Of a stretch of DNA of 64,000 bases, positions 55,401 to 64,000 are shown in pieces. The position numbers and the translations under genes are program-made. Each line of letters begins with the position of its first letter. Positions within the stretch are counted from its first letter, which is position 1. Below the pieces are notes generated by a model. That model was not told where the DNA came from, searched no databases, and saw only the letters and a program-made list of their open reading frames with translations. Source of the stretch: Tubiluchus corallicola (lineage: Eukaryota; Animalia; Priapulida); NCBI GenBank assembly GCA_030141605.1, contig JAQGDQ010000039.1, positions 843,924 through 907,923 on the forward strand, given 5' to 3'.

Positions 55401-58400
55401 TTATCCAATGCATTTTTTATTACGTGTGCCATTGAACCATATTGCATCGATATCTAGAACGTAATGAGAAAAAACGTTCACCACACATTCAAATTAAAAA
55501 CATTTTTACAGCATTTTCTTGAGCCGCTAATGTGAAAAACATTTTATTTTTCAGTTGATTCTATTAGCTATGGAAAACCATGCTAATAATAAACTAGTGC
55601 AGATATCTGGGAGGTAAGAGCTCTGTCAGTTTTATAGAGTTTATACCTTTTACATAAATTAGTAATTCTCAGTAAATTAGTGTTAGTTAAATATCAGGTG
55701 GAGGTTTAGCATAAAAATGTGTTAAGTATGAAAATGCTAGAGACAAAATTGTATAAGATGCTCAGATAGTTCAGCAAAGCAAGTTTGTTTTTGTGTTTGT
55801 AATTAGCAACAAGATCTGAATATTGATTTTTTTCTGTATTTAGTGCATCTCTGTTTTATATTATGAAGAGCGATGAGAAGCCAATTTTTACTTCGAAAGT
55901 AAAAAGGTGAGTTAATTGTGAATGCAGTGCTATTTACTGCATATTTGTATGTTCTAAGTATGTTTACTGAGATATTAGAATGAATTGATAAAATGATTTT
56001 AAAGTTAGCTAGTCTTTATTATCTACATTTGCTGTAACGTGGTTTTAATTATATTTATTAGGTCGAGTCAGTCGGGTTTAGTTAGTTTAATTTAGTCAAA
56101 TTTTCACAAAATGTGATTGGATAAAGACAGTCTAATTTGTATGCTTGCTGGAACTTTTAACAGTGTTTTCCCGGGTAGCTCTATCATTGTGTGAAAATGT
56201 GGAGCACTGGGTGGCTGGCAGCACTATTCTAACGTTTAAATTTTTCTAAATGTAGTAAATGGCATGCATTTCATACATTGCCTATACTAAATATAATACT
56301 TATAAATTTTTCCCAATGTGTTAGTCAACACTAAAATGAAGCTTTTTAGGAACACGTCTTGAAAGTTAATTAATGCGTGTATGTTTTGATGCAATATAAT
56401 TAGGTAACTAGTACTGCACACATCACATTGAAAATAGCTCAGTGGTGCTTTGAACATTTTAAAACCCAATAATAAATACGAAATCTAAATTCTTTCTTAG
56501 GAAGATTATTACTGCTTTACTAAATGGAATGGATCGGTTCAACATGCAGAATTCGGTATGTTATAGCTAGTTATCATTTTTCTGCATTTCTATTTTGTGT
56601 TTGTGGCACTGTGATAAGATAAGATGATGGATAATTTTTCACTGTCAGGTAATCTTATTACAATGCACATTAGTACTGATTCTGATCTATAAGAACACTA
56701 CACCTGATGAAACACTGAAACAACCACTGATTGAGGCGTGAATTGCCGTGCCTAAACAGAAACTAAGGTCTGGGAATCCGCCTATATCAAGGGTGACCAT
56801 ACTTTCAGCTTGCAAGCTACTTATAAATTGATCGGCCCAGTCGCCTTGTTGGTCATAGCAGGTAGATCTTTTTGACTTGGTTATTATATATATTTATTAT
56901 ATAAAATAAATTACATATTATAAAATAACCAAATCAAAATGATCTACCTACTATGACCAAGAAGACGACTGAGCTGATTCAACAGACCCTATAATAGAAG
57001 CCTAGAGATTGGCTGGTTGGTCCTCCTATTGCTGACTTTAGCTAGAAAAAACTTCCTGATACTTACGACTCAATTCATTGCCTGGGTCGCACTTTTATTA
57101 GGTTGACAAACCTCTTCGTGGGCCACACAACATCTCTCCGCGGGCCACGGTTTGCACACCCTTGCTGTAGCTGGAATTTATCAGTTTACTTGTGCTTCGA
57201 GATAAAGCACATTTTCAAAATAAGGTGTATCTGTCTGCTCAGTTATTTTTCAATTTTATTTGTTTTAATTTTTTATAAGATTTGATTTGTTGCATATTGT
57301 GTGTCAGGTTATGTCCGCTAAAATCTGTTTTTTCAACCTCCTAATAAGATTAATATTAATTATCATGGCAAATCTCGCAAAAATATAATTTTCAAAACGT
57401 GTAGATGTGCTGTTGGTTCGAAGTTGGTGCTAGTGTAGTTTGCTAAGCTGAGTTAAGTAGCTTCAAATTAATTTGTCATTTTGTTTTCTTTCAGATGATG
57501 AGAAACGGCTGCTTAACTCTCTGCCAGTTTTCCATGCCTCATGATGTGGTACTTGTATTATTTGTTTTCATTTGTAATATTAATTGTAATATAAGTGCTC
57601 TGAGAGGTATTTTAATGCCATTTTCATAATTTTTTTTCAATGATTATAATCGTCTTGACAACGAGAGGATGGATGTGCACTGGGCGGGGCTTCCAAACTT
57701 TTTTTAGACTGTCAGCTTTTGATAAGCATTCTTTGTTGTTTCTCTTCTGCCTAAAATGGTAATACAGATTTGAAAATAAATATGAATTTGAAAAATTTGT
57801 CGTAGTGCTTAGAAAGCAGCCCCGTTTTAATTAAATGGAATCTATAGCTTTTGCTTTGAGTGCCTACACTGGCCTTTTCACCACAGCACAGTGGAAAACT
57901 AACTTCGTTCATCGTGTCACTGGACTTGCCTGAATAATTGATTGCTTATCTTCAAAATCTGAGTGATAATAAATAATCTTTGGTTTAGTTATTTGCATAT
58001 GAGAAGCTGGTTAAAGTACTGCTGAGAACAGTAGGAAGAGAGTCTCAGGATCCCTTTATCCAAAGAGTCAGCATCTACTTATTAAACAGCCTCGCTTGTC
58101 AAGTAGATGGTGAGCAAAAACGGCTAGTCGGGGAACATGGTGCTATAGAGGTATAATGATGCCTTCTTAATGTATCTAAATGTATAGAATACGTGTGGAA
58201 TATATTAGTTATTCTCTTGATGGTATAAACCCATAGTTAATTAAATTTTAATGCCAAATTTGAGAGGCAGGAAATGTAAAAAAAAGTTGGAATACAGTTT
58301 GGATTTGAACCACAGACTTTCTGTTTAGGAGGCAGATGCATTAGACCAGTAGGCTACTATACTGAATAATTAATTATTCTCGTATTCCAAGATTTGCCTG

Positions 58401-61400
58401 TGTTACTCATATTTTAAACAACTACACGGATTTTTGTAATTCTATCATAAAAGTTACTTTTCTTGATATTTTGCTTTAAATTATCATAATGTGTCTCACA
58501 AATTAAAATTGCAAAATACTTTTTGCTGTTTGACATTTCATTTCTTTTTCAATTTCCTTTTGCCACTAAAATCAAAAAGCATTTTTTTCTTAATTTTTAC
58601 CATTCACTATGTGCAAGAATGGTTAAATCTATAAAAATCGCCGTGCCATTTATTAGTATAGAAAAGATTCTTGTAGTGTCTAGTCTGTCGTTTTAGACAA
58701 TTTTTCATTAAACTTGGTTGAAGATCACAGCAGCCTGTGTGAAAAAGAAGGAAAAACAAACATGATAAAACTGTTGTAGGTACAATATTAAAAAAATTAA
58801 CAATAAAGTTATAAAATTCTATTCTGATACTTCTCATATTGTAGATAATGTTAGATGTGATAACGAAACGTCTTGAGAATCAAGTTTGCGATGACGTAAT
58901 GGACATTGCTTGGAGTACAATGTGGAATGTTACTGGTAAGTATATATTGAGTACTGCTAGCTTTATGGTGTCAATTCATCTGTAATTTTACTTTACACCA
59001 GTGGTGTCATGTAACCTAACCTTTGTTTGGGTAACAGGATTTTTTAACCCATCATGTAATTGCATAAAATATGCAATTGCCAAATACTCTTTTAAGCTTT
59101 GCTAAAGAAAGAAGTTAGGTTCATATAGAAAATGATGTTTGCTTTGTAAAGTTACAGTTTGTTGATGTTATATCCAGCTTTCTAATAAAATATATCTGTA
59201 AAAATTTGATGCTTCACAAAAAATTGAGATTAAAGTATTTGATGATTGTTTATGTGACTTTAAATTGTTGAAGTTTTAAAGACTTCCTCTTTGCAAGATC
59301 ATAATTAAGTTATGGCTTTGTCTTTATGTGGTTAATTTACCACGAAGCATTTATTATACTATAATGTTATTATATTAGTATAAAATGTTTTGCATTGAAA
59401 TTTGTTTAATTTAATTACTATGCTGTAGACAGTGAATGTTGCTTCAGTCAATTAATATGAGAATTTGTTTGTTACTGTAGATGAAACGCCTTCAAACTGC
59501 AGTCGATTTTTGGATGGAAATGGAATGCATTTGTTTTTGGAATGCTTGAGAGTGAGTATTTCCTTAAGCAGATTTTTCCGATTTACAACTCATTAATTAG
59601 TCAAGTCAATTTTATAGTTAAATGACAGTGATTGTTGCTTATGAATATTCTTAGTATCATCAAATTGCTCTTGTTGTTTTTCTAGAATTTTCCAGAGCGG
59701 GATGAATTACTTAGAAATATGATGGGTTTACTAGGCAATGTGGCTGAAGTGAAAGAATTAAGACATCATATGATGACAACTGAGTACATCAGTGTTTTTA
59801 AGTGGGTATTATATTTTACTAAAGAGATACTATTTTACGATGTTTCATTTTTTTTACCATTTGATGATAGTTCACTATGCTTATCCTGCTATTTCAGGAA
59901 AGTTTACGACATTGGTGTCACCAAATACTAAAATGCTGAGTCATTTGAAATGTGAGGCAATCTGTCGGTTGGTTTGTCATGTTTATTGTTAGACGTTTCT
60001 TTTATTGACAGAGGTGTACATTCAAATCGACTAAGATTATTCTGTTTAATGTCTTTGTTGATTTTGAAAATGTTATTGATTTTTTAACGTGATGCAGTGA
60101 GCTGTTGGACAGCACTAGTGATGGTATAGAGGTCAGCTATAATTCAGCTGGTGTTCTCGCTCACATATCTTCAGACGGGCCGAGCAGTTGGGCAATAGAA
60201 AGACCAAGAAGGACTGATGTTTTGTACAGAATGGAAAAGGCTATTGAAAGCTGGAGTCTGAAGAAAAAGCGAAACATTAATTACAGGTACTGGCAGAATA
60301 ACCTGCCTTAATTCAATTTATGATATATTTCTTTCACATGAAGAAAGAGATATTAGGTCCATGGAAAGAAATTATTAACAATAATTTCGTTTAAGACATA
60401 GTCGAGGGATAACACCTTAATTAACACAATGCTTATTTCTAAGTTGGTCCCGATTATTATTACCTGCGTATTACTTCGTTAAACCCACGTGCTTGGTCGA
60501 AGAACCAGCTGTACCACTTTTTAGCCTTTGGTGTGACTTGGCAGGAGTTGAACCAGCATCTTCCCAGATGGGAAGCAAACACACTACCATTAAGCTATAC
60601 CGCTGAATTTAGTAGACCAAAATGTGAAATATGTTTCTTAATAGGGCTAAGATGTTCTCAAGCTCCTGAATCACCAAGAAATGATCTTATAAGTGATCTT
60701 ATAATTTTTTATTTAATTAGTTAAATGTGATTTTTTAGTAGACCATAATTTTGCCTTTTAGTGTCTTGACAAGAGTTTGTAATTTTTACGGCTAATGCCT
60801 TGGAATTATTTACAGAATGTGACCTGCAATTAAGAAAAACTAATATAAATTCTACTGCTTTACTGGGTATTACAAAAAACGGCAAATTTAGTGCATGTGT
60901 ATCGTGAACTTCAATTTTTCTTTTTCATCTTTTTGGAAGTTGTAAAAAATTAAAACAGGTAGCGTTAACATTTTTAGAGTGGTGACGTCTTTTTAGCTTG
61001 ATTTCAGTTTGATGGAATTTTATTATATTTGCAGGTCATTTGAACCGATTCTTCGCTTGGTTCCTTGTTATGAAACACCTCAAGTTCAACATTGGGCAGT
61101 GTGGGCTCTTGCCAATTTAACAAAAGTTTATCGTAAGTATTAATGAAATTAATTAAAGCTTGGCTTTTTGTAAAATTACAGTCTGTTTTTGTTTAACGAA
61201 CATAGTAAAGAGGTAATTGCTTGGTAATATTGATTACACTTATAATTTTAAAATTAAAATCTGTTACTACACCTCAAAATGAATTAAGTTTGGAAATTGT
61301 CTGTTTTCTGTGTGTGATGTTTTAACTCCCATAGCATTTCTGTTAAAGTTAGCTTTTCTATACTACTGTGACTGCTCGTTCATTCTGATACCATTTTTAA

Positions 61401-61659
61401 TATTACAGCCAACTACTGTTGTTGTTTAATTAGACAGCTCTTTGTTTATTAAGTTGTGTTTTGCATTGTAGCTAGCAAGTATTGCGGATTAATTAAAGCC
61501 GAAGGTGGATTGGAGCTACTGGATGCACTGATACATCATCCGGCTCCGTACAGTCGCATAAAGGAACTTGCTCGCATTGTTCTGGATAATCATTGTGCAT
61601 ATTTGGAAAACGAACAAGCCAGTGTAAGTGAAGATGAGTCACCAGCAGAAGTGGACTGA
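49417..61659 (+). CDS. ZER1: Protein zer-1 homolog (CRL2 substrate receptor, LRR + ARM), 15 coding exons, 831 aa: 49417-50249, 51492-51749, 52348-52462, 53666-53809, 55555-55613, 55844-55906, 56501-56555, 57495-57548, 57989-58150, 58845-58935, 59481-59551, 59686-59801, 60098-60286, 61035-61132, 61472-61659
   Basis: All introns are GT-AG and phase-consistent. N-terminal BC/VHL-box-like PQSLFDICLQLC and LPSEICE; LRRs; VQISGSASLFY, RNGCLTLC, NSLACQVD, AWSTMWNVTDETP, LLRNMMGLLGNVAEV, DGIEVSYNSAGVLAHI, RNINYRSFEPILRL, WAVWALANL, KYCGLIKAEGG match ZER1 rather than ZYG11. Confidence 0.96.
51002..51250. repeat. AT-dinucleotide-rich imperfect palindrome
   Basis: AAAGAAAATTTA.. / ..TAAATTTTCTTT flanking (AT)n runs. 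Confidence 0.7.
52700..53079. mobile_element. MITE family A, copy 2 (opposite orientation)
   Basis: TAAGCTTTTTCACTGTTTCG ... AACTGTGAAAAGGCTTATT; CTTTGACCTTTTCAC.ATCAT.ATCAATCGCT is shared with copy 1. Confidence 0.85.
54250..55158 (-). mobile_element. 5'-truncated CR1-type LINE (RT C-terminal half and 3' end) in a ZER1 intron, antisense to host; abuts (TG)n at 55161-55198
   Basis: VPHRVVY/LGPLLSVLFINDLP, LYADDLK, YKAYVRPLLEYCSSVW, IEKVQRYFSRRL, NRVVNIWNAL. Confidence 0.93.
56828..56982. repeat. About 155-bp palindrome (about 60-bp arms, AT-rich loop) in a ZER1 intron
   Basis: CAGTCGCCTTGTTGGTCATAGCAGGTAGATCTTTTTGACTTGGTTATT pairs with AATAACCAAATCAAAATGATCTACCTACTATGACCAAGAAGACGACTG. Confidence 0.92.
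58200..58363 (-). mobile_element. tRNA-derived SINE, same family as 24321
   Basis: Reverse complement AGTATAGTAGCCTACTGGTCTAATGCATCTGCCTCCTAAACAGAAAGTCTGTGGTTCAAATCCAAACTGTATT, then the shared body ACATTTCCTG.CT.TCAA.TTTGG.AT. Confidence 0.75.
60480..60603 (-). mobile_element. tRNA-derived SINE of a different family (Meta-domain-like body)
   Basis: Reverse complement GCGGTATAGCTTAATGGTAG..GGTTCAACTCC (A/B boxes) followed by GTCACACCAAAGGCTAAAAAGTGGTAC. Confidence 0.65.
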
Positions 61660-63591
61660 TAGATGGAGCCAATGTTCAAGTGCAAATTTCTGATCTGATA
61701 AGATTTCGCTTGTAGCGGTTTGGCGTCACTAACAGTTTGTTTTTAACTGGATCAACAAAAGGAAAAAATGTGTTTATTGACACTGTTTTGTGATCAGTTT
61801 ATTTTGAGAAGATTTGCGACATGGTTTTTCATTGGATTTTATGATGATGCTGTAAGCTGTTTGTATTTGTCATTAGTTTGCGCTGGTGCAAGATGTTATA
61901 TCTTTTTCTGAACATTGCTTAAAGACATTTTGCATTTGTCAAATATGATCAAATCCCCGGTGAAAGATGCTTATGGTGTCAGTTACTGTGCACAGTGCTG
62001 TGTCCATCACCATATGATGTAGACATTTCGTTTATTTTTTGCCCAGTGTATTGAAGTATAATGATTAGTTGGTATGTTTTGTATGTGGCACGTAGTTAAA
62101 CGTAAATGCTGCAAGGACCCTTTTATATCTATAAAACAAGCAATAGCTACTAGTGGTAACTTGGATGACTCTGTCACTATGTTGTATAGCACTGTTTAGA
62201 AATATTTCTCAAGTCTTTCAGAAAATTTTCTGTGAACATGTTTGTACGGAATGTAAGAGACCTCTCTTCCAAAAAATGTGCTACAGTATAGTAGAATTAA
62301 TTTGTTAGAAAGTTCACTTCTGTAGATTTTTTGCTGACTTTAAAAATGCATTATAATAATATTATTTTCGTTAGTTTATTGACGCAAACTGGTGCATTTG
62401 TAGTATGAAAAAACAGCTCATTAATGTGCTATTGTATTTCAGATAATGTTGTATATTAGTAGGTGTTGTTACACTACTCGTGTTATTACTCTAGGAGCTA
62501 GGCTGCTCAGTGTACTGCTGCTGCTTGTTAGTAGTACTATAGCAATAGAGTTCTCGTTAATACGTGTATATCTAGCAAGATTTTGTTGCTTTTTTTGCAA
62601 ATTGTTATCTATGCCTTTAAAATTAATGTGTACTTTTTTGCTGTGTTTGTAGTATAGAGTTTATTGTTATTTTTGAGTGTACATACTCCATATAAAACAG
62701 CAAGCTGTGGTTATGTATATACATGTTACTGTAAATATTTTACAATTTGGTTTTGTTGGTGAACAATAATTATTATTTTGTCTCTTTATATTGTTAATAA
62801 CTGCTGTTATTATTTAAATCATCAAAAACTGTGTGGTTATTATTGCTACCATTTAAGTGTGAGGGAATATTTCTATTTGTAATGCTTGACTTTGACAGAA
62901 GAAAATAGAATCAGTAGGAAAAATACCGTTCTTTCTGTTTTAAAGTTTTTTAGCAGGAACAATATTACCTCATGTATTATTAGATGTACATTTAAAATTT
63001 TGAACTGAAAACATCCCATGGAATTTTTGTTGCTGCACAATTTTGCTGATTTCTATTCATCTGGTCGTTTGCTACTTTTTAATGAAACAACTAAAGCTTG
63101 TTTCATTTATTGAGGCAACTTGTAAAGTATACAGTAAATCATGTATGATGCAATAAACTTGTTTAGTTTTTGTTTGCAATTATAGCAAATTAGAGATAAT
63201 CTTTTATTATTTTGTGGCAACATGAAATCTGACGATCTGGTAATTTTATTAATGTCAGGTATGGCTGTTGGTTTCCATTCGTTGCAGATCAAAGTTATTG
63301 TTAGGTATCGATGACTGATATTTTAAGGCAATTAGGATTCATTCTTTTTTATCAATATTAATGCACTTTTCCATGTAAGTAGGTTATCATTATAGTTTTT
63401 TTTCCAGTTAGAAAGTTACTTTGAAAACATTTTAATTCATTAATTTTTAGGAACAACAACTGGTTTTGCGATACTGTAAAATTATAATAGGTACTTGGTA
63501 GTTTACTCTAAGACTTAACCTGGCCTTTTATTAGCTTTTTATTTTACTAGCCAATTTTATTTTATAAGACGTCATTTTCACAGTTCAAGTG

Positions 63592-63918
63592 CTAAAAAAA
63601 TAATGCTGAGTCATGAACTCGAGATTTTTCTGAGTGCAATATTTGCCGTTTGATGGCGCCCCAGAACATTAATTGACCCAGTAAAAACTGGTACAGGTAC
63701 AGCACGCTAAGCAAGTGTAGTGAAGTCATGGATGGGAGTTCAACTTTAGAAACTCTGAACGATGTTTCTAAAAAACTCGAAATATTGGAAACTAAAGTGG
63801 AATTTTCGAAATCGTCGTCATTCATTTTACACACCGGAAATATTGTTAGCTGGAATCGGTTGCGTCGGAAGTCTGCACAGTCACCGTCGGATGAGGTAGG
63901 CATTAGGCAATGTGAAGC
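63592..63918 (-). other. Possible terminal exon of an unidentified convergent gene
   Basis: GC-elevated open frame after a weak TTATTACTAG acceptor, with a hydrophobic stretch (HLLSVLYLYQFLLGQLMFWG); no recognisable homology. Confidence 0.2.
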
Positions 63919-64000
63919 TAGTAATAATATAAAGGATGCCTTTCGTCTTTAGGGCGCTATGTAAATCCATTCTTATGTTACTGTTGCTTGACGATTGAGT

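Noticed and set aside
63728-63952. 74-aa plus-strand ORF
   Set aside because: No recognisable motif; overlaps an equally unsupported minus-strand ORF at the window edge.

Overview
This is AT-rich eukaryotic DNA with spliceosomal GT-AG introns, most likely from an invertebrate bilaterian; it is not prokaryotic, and I see no CRISPR or rRNA. Four protein-coding genes can be built by hand from splice sites and reading-frame phase. They are the 3' part of SURF4 (+, 328-2476), a Spaetzle/neurotrophin-like cystine-knot ligand gene (+, terminal exon 25515-25857, a candidate 15-nt microexon and tentative 5' exons/promoter), a complete 12-exon TBC1D13 RabGAP (-, 46303-32497, 393 aa) and a complete 15-coding-exon ZER1 (+, 49417-61659, 831 aa). 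TBC1D13 and ZER1 are head-to-head and SURF4 is linked; from memory, this mirrors human 9q34. The rest is transposon debris: CR1/L2-type LINE relics, tRNA-derived SINEs, hAT/Harbinger/pogo/mariner-type MITEs, Helentron/Helitron-like pieces, palindromes and long microsatellites. Most long ORFs in the six-frame track are microsatellite artefacts. I found no clear-cut new system. The best leads are the Spaetzle-like locus (microexon, adjacent 1-kb inverted SINE pair, CRE/CCAAT/TATA promoter), the ancient microsynteny, AG|GT ratchet or poison-exon-like sites in ZER1 introns and degenerate hammerhead-like motifs. All homology calls are from recognition of motifs, not database searches.
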